Assembly: GCA_951406725.2 (NCBI GenBank)
Contig: OX597825.1
Location: 36,766,001 to 36,830,000 of the forward strand
Source: Octopus vulgaris
Taxonomy: Eukaryota
DNA: 64,000 nt
Direction: 5' to 3'
Shown here: positions 27,166 to 38,673 of the stretch, piece after piece
How the letters are laid out: each line of letters begins with the position of its first letter
How positions within the stretch are numbered: the stretch's first letter is position 1
Position numbers and translations under genes: made by a program
Notes under the pieces: model-generated
What the model was told of the DNA's origin: nothing
What the model saw: the letters and a program-made list of their open reading frames with translations, nothing else
Databases searched by the model: none

Positions 27166-28624
27166 ACATTAGCATTTCCATTGTCACAAGGCCAGAAAGT
27201 TTCTTGGAAATGGAAGAATAATCAAATAAATTGACTGAAATACATCAATGGAACTTATTCTATATTTTGTATTTTTGTTGCTTTTTATCTTAACAAGTCT
27301 TTGTTTGAGCAGGAAAGGAAGTTATTATGGCCTTTTCTTGGGGTCAAGGAGGGAAAGAAGTTATTCTCAGACTGCTGATCTGACCTTAATTCTAGTAGCA
27401 GAAAGAACTTCATTAAAGACAGTTTGGCACCAGCAATTGTGTTAACTTAATCCATCTATCATCGATGAACAGAAACGGTTTCTCCAATGTCCTTCCTCAT
27501 AGTTTCTGTTCACCAAATTTTACTCTTAAGTTTTTGGTCACCTCCGAGGCTATGAGAGATGGCATTTGCTTAAGGTTCTTCATGGTAGGCTTGAAACTGA
27601 AGCCATGTAGTTGTGAAATGGAATCCTTATTGACACACACAATGATTGATAAATTTAAAAAGATAAAAGGCAAATAAGTTATGATTTCAAATCTTAGCAC
27701 ACAGCCAGCAAGTTTGGGAGAAGGACTAAGTTGATTACATCAACCTCAGTATGCAACTGGTACTTATGTTATTGACCCTGAAAGGATAAAAGGCAAAATC
27801 GACCCCAGTGGAATTTGAAGTCAGAATCTAAAGACAAATGAAATGCTGCTTATTGGCTTCAAATTTTGACACATGGCCTGCAATTTTGGGGGAGGGTCTA
27901 AGTTGATTACATCGACCTCAATATTCAGCTGGTGGTTATTTTATTGACCCTGAAATAATGAAAGGTAGTTGACCTCAGAGGAATAGGAACTCAGAAAATA
28001 AAGATGGGTTAATTGCCACTATGCATTATAAAGATGGGTGAAATGCCAAAAGTCATCATGTTTGTTCGTTGGAATAATAAGGACCATCTAGTCATCCTGG
28101 ATGAAGGGTGACTGATGACTTCTGCAGTGACTTTGTTGAAAGTGAAGAACAGTTGTGTACCATTAATCTCACTCTCTCGTTCATGAACATCTTCACTCTA
28201 GTGGTAAGACCAAGTCAAGATGATTGGGGATGGAGACAGATGCTGTGAATGACCAAGATGTCTTACATGCTTCATCTTGCTTTCTGTACTCTACAATGCA
28301 TTGCTGCAGCTACGTGAGATAAAAAAGATAGAAAATAAATCATTAGACTGGTGAATAAGAGAAGAGCACATTTCAGAAGCAAATGAAAGAACACACTAAA
28401 AATTCTCAAAAGAACTGTTTATTTATTCCATAAAATGTTATTAGCCTCTTAAAGTTCTTGTATTTTGGCTGTACTCAACGTTTTGTTTGTTATTTCCAAC
28501 TCTCCTGACTTCTTTGACTATTGCTTCTTCCACTCTAATCAAGTTGGTTTGCTGAGCTCACTTGTGCGGTTTTCTGAGCTGTCGGACACAGACTGTTGTG
28601 ATGTAGATGGTTTCGGGAGGATGT

Positions 28625-28790
28625 GTGGTTAGGGTTAGGGTTAAATACAGAGGTCCCGATGCATAACAATATGTTTCTACAATGTTTTCTACATAACAAT
28701 ATGTTTTTACAGGGCATACTTGTTATGGAGTTAGAGTTAAGGTTGGTTTTAAGGTTAGTTGTAGGGTTAGGGTTAGTGTTAGGGTTACGT
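28625..28790 (+). repeat. Degenerate (TTAGGG)n telomere-like tract, probably internal to a MITE
   Basis: ttagggttagggtt and ttagagttaaggtt...tagggttagggttagtgttagggtt. Confidence 0.7.
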
Positions 28791-29241
28791 AGATGCAATT
28801 TTCTGATCCTGCCCACATCAAAGGACATGTGTTTGGATATTGGTTGACTGCACCATAATTATAAACTTTAGGGCTTCCACCATCAGTACTTCCCAACATC
28901 ATAGGCTGGATACAGCATAAGGTTTGCCACACCGCACATATACGTACATGTTCACACGTGGCGTGAAGATTGAACAGCCACTCCGTCTCCCTTTTCTGTT
29001 CCCTTTCCGGTTTACACATTAAGCCTATACCGTCTACTCCCAAGCCTCAATCCCACTCTGCAGGCTAACAACCATTACATTATGAGAAAACCACCGACTC
29101 ATGTGCGATAGGTATAACTCTGTGTAAATTCTCTGAACATTTCACATGAGTTTTGAGTTCTGGTTTTTCACAACACCCTCAAACCAAATGTGACACATCC
29201 GGAAGCTGAGAGCCCTCACCATGCTTATTACATTGGCCCTT

Positions 29242-29295
29242 TTGATGAGCATTGGGATTGGGTTTTCCCCCTATATTGCGCGAAACCGGTCGGTG
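29242..29295 (+). ncRNA. Degenerate minimal hammerhead-like motif
   Basis: TTGATGA-gca...tgcgc-GAAA-CCGG-TC-gg, with palindromic ACCGGT as stem III. Confidence 0.4.
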
Positions 29296-29348
29296 AAATG
29301 GGTTGAAAAGGATAGATAATAGTGTATTGAATAACTATATTTGGATGA

Positions 29349-29389
<41 letters not shown>

Positions 29390-29934
29390 GTGAAAACTTA
29401 CCTGTCCTTATAATTTATTGTAATGGCGCACTCCTTTAGACGGTTTAAGTTGAATTAGCCCGCAGCTAGAAGTCGTTTCAAGTTGATAAAAGTAAACTGT
29501 ATAATTACCAATTTCGTTAGCAGTTTATTATATGGTATTAAGCAACCTAAGTAATGAATAAAGTTTTCTGAACATACATTTGGCAGTTAGTAATAAATGA
29601 AAGTCCATGAAATGAGATCGCAATTTCAGTAGGCATTAGGGATTTTATATCTTACCTGAAGCGTTTTGTAGCATGTAATTATTTTACTCTTAATGCCTGC
29701 CACGACCGCACTGAAACTTTTTTTGTTAATGAAAGTCATGTATGAAAAACAACAGAAAACATTGATAGCAAACACTTAAATAGAATAATGGCACGTAAAA
29801 AAAAAAATAAATAAATGTTAGAGCACGCTTATGAGCGAACAGCGTGCGTGAAGATGGGTCAGTCAATGTACTGTTAACAGTAATCACGGAAATGAAGCAA
29901 AATATCAATGACATACTTGTAGGAAGTCTTATTA

Positions 29935-30570
29935 CTAACAGCTACAGTTTGGCGTAGATGTGAAGATTGCAGAAGCGGAATAACTACTGTAGGGCTGCTT
30001 TGTAGACGACATTATTGGTTTTTCCTTCAGGAACATAGACGAATAAGTTGTCTGGATGGCCAACTCTGGAACAATCGACATCGAACTGTCCATGTGAAAA
30101 GCACGACGTTCGAAGTTCCAATCCGACAACTTTCTCGACTGATCTTGTGCTTTGTTAATTGACATGTCAAACCTGAATTTGAGAGGGAATTGAAATCTCC
30201 GCATATAGTGGGGGTAGTCTGTTGGGGTTTGCGGAATTTTCGGAATAAAAACGGTGTCGTTTTTGGTGTCCCCTGATAATTTGGGCTTCAATGACGTGGT
30301 TCATCATTTGTTTGATCACAAGGCGATTTTCATTGCATAGTGTGGGTGAGTTTAGATTGCGTAGGAGGATTACAGGGCAACCGACTTTTAAGTGAAGTTG
30401 ATGGTGAGGGAGTCCTGGAGGATGTTGATAGTTGAGAAATTCTGTTGGAAAGTGTGTAACCTGGTCGAGGTCGGTAACGGTGTCAACTGATCTGTAACAA
30501 CATTTTTGAGAAGGTAGCTTACTGAGTAAGACGTAGTTAAGAGTGGTGACAGCTGCATTTGTAGGTGCAA
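29935..30570 (-). pseudogene. Helitron RepHel (Pif1-like helicase) C-terminal remnant
   Basis: GCPVILLRNLN..LCNENRL, VFIPKIP..PTDYP..MRRFQFPLK..F.MSINKAQ.QS and FSHGQ motifs, frameshifted. Confidence 0.85.
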
Positions 30571-31270
30571 GAACAGCCCTGTGCTAACGTGCTAATATCA
30601 GCAGTTTGTAGTGAATGGGCATCGTAAAAACTGTATAACTGTCACAACTTTGTATAAGTAAAAGCAGAGAATATATATAATATGGGTTAATTTCTGAAGG
30701 CATTAAAAAAACTATTAAAAGTTGATTTAAATTGCATGGTTACCTCAAAGAAGTGCTCACGTGTAAATATCGGCGATTTGCAGAGAATGGGCTTCGTAGA
30801 AGACGAAGTGAAAGTAGCATAACTACATCACCAAGTGCAGAGATCGTTGGTATTTATTTATTTATCTAAGAGAAGGTGTTTTCGTCCCCTCGAGGTGGCA
30901 TTACACATTATGTGGAAAAGGTGAAGAGTCTATGGCCATCTCTAGAACATGAGTGATGTATGTCCCCGGCGTGAACGAAATCGGATGAAAATATTGATTT
31001 TTAAGGGGTATCAAGAAAAGGCCTGTACACACACATCTTGTTTTATTACACACACACAGAGATATAAATCGCACGCTGATTTCATAAATGGTAATTTTCA
31101 ACTCCGAATGACCCGTCCTTGTTTTTATATACTGCAGAATAAACAGTGTGTTTACATTAAGTATGATGCATAGATGGTTTTCTGTCTGTCTGTCTATATG
31201 TATGTCTGTCTGTTGCCTATCTATCTATCTGAATGTCTGTCTAGCTGTCAGTCTCTGTTTATCTATTTAA

Positions 31271-31361
<91 letters not shown>

Positions 31362-32429
31362 CCTACCTACCTACCTACCTACCTACCTACCTACTTACCT
31401 ACCTGTATGTATGCATATATGTGAGTGTGTATACACCTGTACAACATTTACCTTTCGTTATCTTTCCCCCTTTTCATTGCCTTTGAAATCTATTGTCGTT
31501 TCTTTTTTTTCTTTTTTCGTGACTCTTCTCTCCCTCTTCTAATATTTGTCACCTTACCCTACTATTCTTCGTTTATATCTTCTCATTTTGATATAATTTT
31601 TCCTCTTGCCGATACAGAATATCGCTAGTGTAATCGGATTCTATAATTTTATTATACAGGACAAGTGTGTGAGTGAGAGTCGTCTGACCAAGTGATCGAC
31701 TCAAGTATACGACAGCTGGGAGACTGTCTTTTTGAGACACGTTGCCATTCGACAGCTGCTTCATTGAGATTTTAACTATTGCAAAATTAGAACATTTGTT
31801 AATTGTGCGAGATATGTGGAAACCCCAGCTATCGGCTTTGAGGAATACAATAACGTCGTAAATTTCTCTGTGGAAGGAAGATTTCAAAAAGCAAATTTAC
31901 TGCTCAACAGTTTGTGGTAGACCATTAATCTTGTCAATATCTATGTGTGTGTTTCATACACCTGTGATGTCTATGGCACACAATAATTTAATTTAAAATG
32001 TATTTATTTACTTAACCATTTGAACGTAGGAAGCGGACATGTCCGCTCTTAATGTTATTACTTTTAACTGCAGAAAACATTCTTAACCAATAGTATGGAA
32101 AAAAAATCTTATTCCGTGAGAAGCGGAAATAACCCCCATGTCACTTTTTACTAAAGGCAGTTTTTCAAATTTTCTTGATTTGGTCAATATACTGGCAACA
32201 AAGAAAACTTCACTGAAAGCATCCAAAGGGTATGTGTTGGATTAAATCTTTCACCTAAAACTGAGAGCACAAAGAACTGGACAAATACCACAAGGCACCA
32301 TGTTCGACGTTCTAGTGATTGCATCATTGCACCTTCATATCTGATACTTTATTTTATCGAGCCCGAAAAGATTAAGTTGACCTTGGCATGATTTGAATTC
32401 CAAGTGTATCCGTAATGTGTGTGTGTGTG

Positions 32430-32479
<50 letters not shown>

Positions 32480-33135
32480 CGTGTGTGTGTGTGTGCGTGT
32501 ATGTGTTTGCGTGTACATATAAATCATACAAATAAAACGAGTAAGATTATGGGGCAAAGGGAAAATAAACAACAGACGATATATGGAATCACAGTAGCAT
32601 ACACTTATAAAGCGAAAAAGACGATAATAGAAGTGTACAATGAAAAACAATACCCAACAGAATAAGAAGAGAATCAAGCTTTTTAGGAGATGCCCTTTAG
32701 AATAGGATATAAGAAAGAGAAACAAAAACTGCTGAATTTACGCTATCTCTTTACATGGCAGGCCTGGTGTATAATGGAAGTTGGGAAATGGGATAAAAGT
32801 TTCAGAAGTGAAGCTAAAATCGGGGTCAGTGTAAAAAAATGGGAAGAGATAAGAGAATATGTGAAAAAGTGAAAAGAGAAGGAAGAAGAGAAAGCAGGCT
32901 GGAGGGAAAAGAGAAGGAAACGAATAAGGGAGAAAAAGATCTAACCTGTGGGAAAAAATGAGTGTGGAAATCTCACAAAGACGGCATGTGTACACGCGAA
33001 TTTAAATGTACTACCATTTCATTTGTGTAGATGTAAAATAGCGTTTGATGTATGTCAAGGAAGATACGCAACAGTAAATATCGTAATCTAATACACCTTC
33101 TAAGAATATAAATGTATATACATATACGGCTGACA

Positions 33136-33218
<83 letters not shown>

Positions 33219-33343
33219 ATGTGACTTCATTGACCGAGGTTACCGTGGTCTTTTCCGTAGGCTTTTCTTTCCACGGGTAAACCTCACCTGTCCTCCCCTT
33301 TACACTTCATATTGACATTTCTGTTATAACGATCCCTATTTAT

Positions 33344-33377
<34 letters not shown>

Positions 33378-33565
33378 CCTCTCCCCCTTTTTTTAACCCC
33401 CCTTTTTTTTGTCCTCCTTCTCTCCTTTTACGATCCCTTTTGATCGAAACTCCCCCTTACTTTTTATTTTTTTTTTTTTTTTTTTTTTTTAAACATTCAA
33501 AAGAAAAGCTCTACCTTGTAATTTGTTCTATCTGTGTGCAGCCCTGTGTGGCTAATAAAGAAACA
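33219..33565 (+). mobile_element. Tx1-like element copy A (3' UTR only, subfamily 2)
   Basis: Near-identical to 40302-40623; ends ggctaataaagaaaca|tatc. Confidence 0.9.
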
Positions 33566-33586
33566 TATCTATCTATCTATCATCTA

Positions 33587-33777
<191 letters not shown>

Positions 33778-34794
33778 GAAGATATAAAAAAAATACCCAC
33801 CCAGATATGTGTATCAGACGACCACAAGTTATATGTGGTCGTCGATGGCAGAAGACCACGTTGCTACATATGCGGCAGTGAGCAACATCTCAAAAAAGAC
33901 TGCAAATCTGCCGCAAGAAAACAACAGCAGCCGGAAACAAAAACAAATAAACAAGGTCTACTACCCACACCACTTTTTGCAGGAACAAACCTCACCAAAC
34001 AAACAACCACACCAACTGCAGCACCAAGAACAGAAGCAGCATCACCAACAACAACAACCAAGAATATACCAACTCCCAAACCAAGGACATCTGCCAAAAA
34101 GACACCCAGCATAAATGAAGAAACAATTACAACTCCAAATCCCCACAAAATTGAGACCCTAAACAACACAACAATACCCACAATCACTCAAACACAAAAT
34201 ACCCAAACCCCACATCCAAAACCGCACACACCACAACCAAACGCTCACCAACCAACACCAACAACAAAACCAACACAGTCGACAATAGACCCCAATACTT
34301 TCCCTCTTCCAGACTCCGATTCGTCTGATCTGTCATTAGACGAAGAAGACACGGAAGATTGGCAAATAGCCACAGGGGGGAGAAGAAAAAGGGGAAAAAA
34401 AAGAAAAGAAAAAATAACAAACAAAGCGGGAAGATACACCACTCCCGAAACAAAAACATCCACAGAAAACACACACATCAACACAAACACACCATCATCA
34501 AACCCCCCAAAAATGTTGACAGCCATAAACACAAACAACCACGACCTAATGGAACACATTAGGTCAAACACTAACATTACTGAAAACGACATAAAAACAA
34601 GTAACCACCCACACACAACACCACCACAACACATTAAAATAATACACGTGACACAGAACACATACAGCACCCTGAAATCTCTTTACCCTGATGCAGTAGG
34701 GAGATTTCAAAAGTACTCATCAAAAAAACTGTATAAAAGCCTCATAGAAGAAGACCGTGAGGTGAAAGACAAAGAACTTTCGGAAAACAAGTAA
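33778..34794 (+). CDS. ORF1 C-terminal part (gag-like CCHC zinc knuckle, Thr/Pro-rich tail), 5'-truncated
   Basis: Frame is open from the repeat junction (EDIKKIPTQICVSDDHKLYVVVDGRRPR). CYICGSEQHLKKDC fits CX2CX4HX4C. Confidence 0.85.
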   Translation, partial: EDIKKIPTQICVSDDHKLYVVVDGRRPRCYICGSEQHLKKDCKSAARKQQQPETKTNKQGLLPTPLFAGTNLTKQTTTPTAAPRTEAASPTTTTKNIPTPKPRTSAKKTPSINEETITTPNPHKIETLNNTTIPTITQTQNTQTPHPKPHTPQPNAHQPTPTTKPTQSTIDPNTFPLPDSDSSDLSLDEEDTEDWQIATGGRRKRGKKRKEKITNKAGRYTTPETKTSTENTHINTNTPSSNPPKMLTAINTNNHDLMEHIRSNTNITENDIKTSNHPHTTPPQHIKIIHVTQNTYSTLKSLYPDAVGRFQKYSSKKLYKSLIEEDREVKDKELSENK

Positions 34795-34836
34795 CCTTTT
34801 CTCTCTCCTTTTCCTTTTTTGCACTTTTATCGGAAC

Positions 34837-37800
34837 ATGCTCAGAATAGGTAGTATAAATGTACGTGGCTTGGGGTCGCCTTGGAAACAAGGCTACCTGT
34901 TAAATGACATCAAGTCACTAAATCTGAATATCATAGCCATCAGTGAGACCAGACTCCACAGCTTGCGGGCACTCCAGCACATTTTCGGTACACATTTCAA
35001 CATTTATTTTTCTCCGTGTCTACCGAGAATGGGCGGAGGTGGCACCGCGGTGCTTATCCGGAAGAGTCTGGACCTCAAAGTAAGAGCAAATTTCCTAGAC
35101 CCGGAGGGTAGGCTGGTCGTTTTGGATGTCGATGGCAGCAATGAGTGTGCTTTTCGACTGATAGCAGTTTATGCTCCGTCCTTAACAGGCCGACCAGATT
35201 TCTTTCGACGTCTAGAGTCTTCCATGGGAACGTCTCGTCCTTTACTTTTAGTGGGGGATTGGAATGCCACCCTGGACACGCATCTAGACTACGTGGGCAG
35301 AGATAGCAATAGAAGGGGATGCAAATGCCTCAAAGACCTGCTCAGACGTTTCCAACTGTCTGACAGGTACCGACTGGACCACCCGAATGTGCCAATGTGG
35401 ACATGGAGTAACCGCATCGGGTCGTCCAGATCATACTTAGATAGAGTATTCTGTAGGACAATAGATAAAAATAGTGTAGGTTGTCCACAATTTCATATAG
35501 TCAGTTACACAGATCACAAGTTTGTGACTTGTACACTTGACTTAGATAAGACACATAGGCAGGGTCCTGGTTACTGGAAACTGAACGCGTCTTTTACAGC
35601 ACGACAGGTTTACAGGGACCGGATCAGCACATTAGTTAAGAGAGCTTTGACGGGTACCATCATCAACAACAGATGGTGGTATTCCCTAAAAAAAGCGATT
35701 AAAGCAGAATCAGTCAGATACAGTAGAGCCCTAGCATTAGACCGAAATAGAGTAGAGGGAGAATTAGTTAAGGTTTTAGAAGAGGCACTTAGAACTGGCA
35801 TCGCGTCCAACGTACTGGCGGCGAGATTGGCCCTCGACCAACACCTCAACGCCAAACACGAGGGATGCGTTGTCAGAGCTAGGATGCGTGCTCTGAGGAA
35901 CGAAGGAGTTGGAGCCGCCCAAGAGGCCCGAGTGGTGGAGACGCAACGAGGCAACAGAGCCACCATCAAGTCTCTTATAGATGAACAGGGGCGCGAATTA
36001 CTCGAGCCTAAAAGGATGTGTGGGGTTTTTCAACAACACTTCACCCAACTGTTTGGGACAAGTGGTGAGTCAGAAAGCAGAGTGGACTTTAGTGCCTACC
36101 TGCATGCCTTGCCACGACTCTCAGCAAGGGAGGTGGAGTCTTGTGAAAAGCCTATCACAGCTGCGGACGTACAGGATGCGATGGTAGGCTGCGCGAGAGA
36201 CAAGTCACCAGGCTTGGATGGTCTGCCCTACGAATTTTATTTTCATATGCCAGACTTGTTTGGAGGCGTCTTGGCAGCTGTCTACTGCAACTGGCAGCAG
36301 AACGGGAGTATTCCTGCTTTTGTAAAGCGAGGAGCAGTGGCACTGATCAAGAAAGACCCAAACAAGGGGGACGTCATAGATAATTTCAGGCCCATCACTC
36401 TGCTCAACGCAGATTTGAAAATTTTGGCCAAGGTGTTAGCCGAGAGGTTGGCGCTTGTCATCAAGAAACTAATCGACAAGGCGCAAACATGCGCCGTGCC
36501 GGGTAGAAGTATTCATGACAACCTCCATCTGATGCGCTACATCATAGACAGGGTAGTTAAAAATCCTGGCATGGGTGGGGCGCTGATCAATTTGGATCAA
36601 TCAAAAGCCTTCGATAGGGTAGACCATCACTACTTGGAGGCTGTCCTCAAAGCGGCTGGTTTCGGTCCAGTTTTCCGCAGTTGGATCGCTGCCTTATACA
36701 GCGGCATCCGCTCAGTAGTTCGCGTAAATGGTCATCTATCCAGACCTTTTAACATCATGCGTTCGGTTCGTCAAGGATGCCCCCTCTCATCGCTGCTGTA
36801 TGTACTGACTCTTGAGCCACTACTGCGGAAACTGGCGACGCTGAGGGGCATCCCACGAGAGCTGGGATGCGGGAGGAACGTGTCTGCATACGCGGATGAC
36901 GTCACCGTCATAGTGTCGAGCTACGAGCACATCGAGCTGGTCGGCGAGACACTGAAAGAATACGAAGCGGTAACGGGAGCAAAAATTAACCGGGAAAAGT
37001 CAGTGGGCTTGCGGCTCGGCACCTGGAGAAGCAAGCCCATGCCGTCCAACAGCGTCTCCATCGTGGGACGCTGGACGGACGGACCGGTTAAATTGCTCGG
37101 GGTCTGGTTCGGTCCGGACCTCCAAATGGAGAAGAACTGGGGCGAGATAACGACTAGGGTGGCTACTCTCACCCAGAAATGGACTGAGAGAAAGCTATCC
37201 CTAAAAGGTCGGGCGGAGGTGGCGAACGCGTACATCGCATCCGTCATCGAGTACCGTCTGACCGTCGTGCCTTGTCCCGACCCTACCATCACCAAACTGG
37301 AACGCATACTCTTCCGCTTCTTGTGGAAGGGAAACGTTCCGATGGTCAGGCGATCCATTTGCTGCCAACACCCGCTAAATGGAGGGCTGGGCATGCCGTG
37401 GTTGATGATGCGCAGACATGCGCTGAGACTGCGACATCTCCGGCGCTTCATAGACAACGGTGAACAGGGGTGGTCGCCTTTTGTGCGGCGCGCTTTCCCG
37501 CAGCTCGTCTCCTTGGACGAACTACAGTCATGGATCAAGCAGAGACCGAGGCTAGGCGAATGGCACCGTGAGTGTCGCGTTGCTCTCAAGCAACTCTGCC
37601 GTCCGGGATCGAACTTGTGCGACTCCATCACAACAAAGGCATTCTATAGAGGATTAGTGGAGGGGAGGTGCGACGACGAACTCGGGCAGAGTCTGGGCGT
37701 CGACGAGGAACACCTGACCCGCCTGTTCAGGACAACTTTCGGGCCGGGACCTATGAACAATCACCAAAGATCCCTGGCCTGGCAGTGCTATCGAGAAGCA

Positions 37801-38274
37801 TTACCTGTTCGGGATAAGCTCCACAGACACGGTTCCAGACACACTGGACCGACTTGCCCGAGATGCGGTCAGAGCGACGAAACCGTTCTGCACGCACTCG
37901 TGCAATGTCCAACCATTTCCGACCTGTGGGCTTATGCCGAACGGCTGCTGTCACGTGTGGGACGAATCCGCCTATCGGCCGAGTCTATCGTGAGAATTGC
38001 TCCGCCCCCTTCCCTCAACCGGGAAGGCAAGGCAGTTTTCATCGTACTGGTGGCCATGGTGAAAGAATGTGTGTGGTGGACTCGAGCGAAAGGATTAGAG
38101 ACAAACACTTACCTCTCTGGCCATTCGCTCATCAACTTTTTCAAGTACCACTTGAAAAGGAAGGTGAGAATGGAGAGGGAAGTTTTGTCTCGCGAAAGAT
38201 TCAATAAAAGATGGGTGAATGTTGCAAAGATGGTGCGTGCTAGTAACGAAACCATTTTGAGCATGATCCTGTAG
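34837..38274 (+). CDS. ORF2: APE endonuclease, reverse transcriptase and C-terminal zinc finger (1145 aa from ATG)
   Basis: SINVRGL, ISETR, GDWN, YLDR and TDH (endonuclease); GPGYWKLN; KSPGLDGL, FRPITLLN, DQSKAFDRV, VRQGCPLS and YADD (RT); CPRC..ETVLHALVQC. No internal stops. Confidence 0.97.
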   Translation: MLRIGSINVRGLGSPWKQGYLLNDIKSLNLNIIAISETRLHSLRALQHIFGTHFNIYFSPCLPRMGGGGTAVLIRKSLDLKVRANFLDPEGRLVVLDVDGSNECAFRLIAVYAPSLTGRPDFFRRLESSMGTSRPLLLVGDWNATLDTHLDYVGRDSNRRGCKCLKDLLRRFQLSDRYRLDHPNVPMWTWSNRIGSSRSYLDRVFCRTIDKNSVGCPQFHIVSYTDHKFVTCTLDLDKTHRQGPGYWKLNASFTARQVYRDRISTLVKRALTGTIINNRWWYSLKKAIKAESVRYSRALALDRNRVEGELVKVLEEALRTGIASNVLAARLALDQHLNAKHEGCVVRARMRALRNEGVGAAQEARVVETQRGNRATIKSLIDEQGRELLEPKRMCGVFQQHFTQLFGTSGESESRVDFSAYLHALPRLSAREVESCEKPITAADVQDAMVGCARDKSPGLDGLPYEFYFHMPDLFGGVLAAVYCNWQQNGSIPAFVKRGAVALIKKDPNKGDVIDNFRPITLLNADLKILAKVLAERLALVIKKLIDKAQTCAVPGRSIHDNLHLMRYIIDRVVKNPGMGGALINLDQSKAFDRVDHHYLEAVLKAAGFGPVFRSWIAALYSGIRSVVRVNGHLSRPFNIMRSVRQGCPLSSLLYVLTLEPLLRKLATLRGIPRELGCGRNVSAYADDVTVIVSSYEHIELVGETLKEYEAVTGAKINREKSVGLRLGTWRSKPMPSNSVSIVGRWTDGPVKLLGVWFGPDLQMEKNWGEITTRVATLTQKWTERKLSLKGRAEVANAYIASVIEYRLTVVPCPDPTITKLERILFRFLWKGNVPMVRRSICCQHPLNGGLGMPWLMMRRHALRLRHLRRFIDNGEQGWSPFVRRAFPQLVSLDELQSWIKQRPRLGEWHRECRVALKQLCRPGSNLCDSITTKAFYRGLVEGRCDDELGQSLGVDEEHLTRLFRTTFGPGPMNNHQRSLAWQCYREALPVRDKLHRHGSRHTGPTCPRCGQSDETVLHALVQCPTISDLWAYAERLLSRVGRIRLSAESIVRIAPPPSLNREGKAVFIVLVAMVKECVWWTRAKGLETNTYLSGHSLINFFKYHLKRKVRMEREVLSRERFNKRWVNVAKMVRASNETILSMIL

Positions 38275-38576
38275 ATCGTAAAAAAGAAAGAAAGAGAGCA
38301 TTTTGACCTCATGTGTTTATTTCCTCCCTGACTGGGGTTCCCGTGGTCTTTTCTGTAGGCTTTTCTTCCCACGGATGAACCCAATCTTGTTATATCAATG
38401 TTTACACCATTATTTCTGTGATACACGATTTTCTTTTTTTTTCCTTTTTTTTTCCTCCTCTCGATCCCTTTTGATCGCAATCTTACATTTTTATTTTTTT
38501 CCACCCTCGAAAAGAAAAGCTCTGCATTTGTATTTGTCCCCTCTGTATTCAGCCCTGTGTGGCTAATAAAAGAAAG

Positions 38577-38673
<97 letters not shown>

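Larger units (their letters stand above)
33778..38577 (+). mobile_element. Tx1-clade non-LTR retrotransposon copy B (5'-truncated in ORF1, subfamily 1)
   Basis: ORF1 remnant, intact ORF2 and a 3' UTR ending ggctaataaaagaaagt|tatc; (TATC)n on both sides. Confidence 0.93.

Noticed and set aside
26526-27221. Poly-Q/H/N/Y ORFs resembling a transcription-factor low-complexity region
   Set aside because: Pure trinucleotide mosaic with frame-breaking stops, no domain and no convincing splice context
28625-28790. True telomere or chromosome fusion site
   Set aside because: Short, degenerate and not head-to-head; a similar tract at 52.8 kb lies inside a transposon
36921-37631. 236-aa antisense ORF within ORF2
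   Set aside because: Expected shadow frame of a GC-balanced coding region
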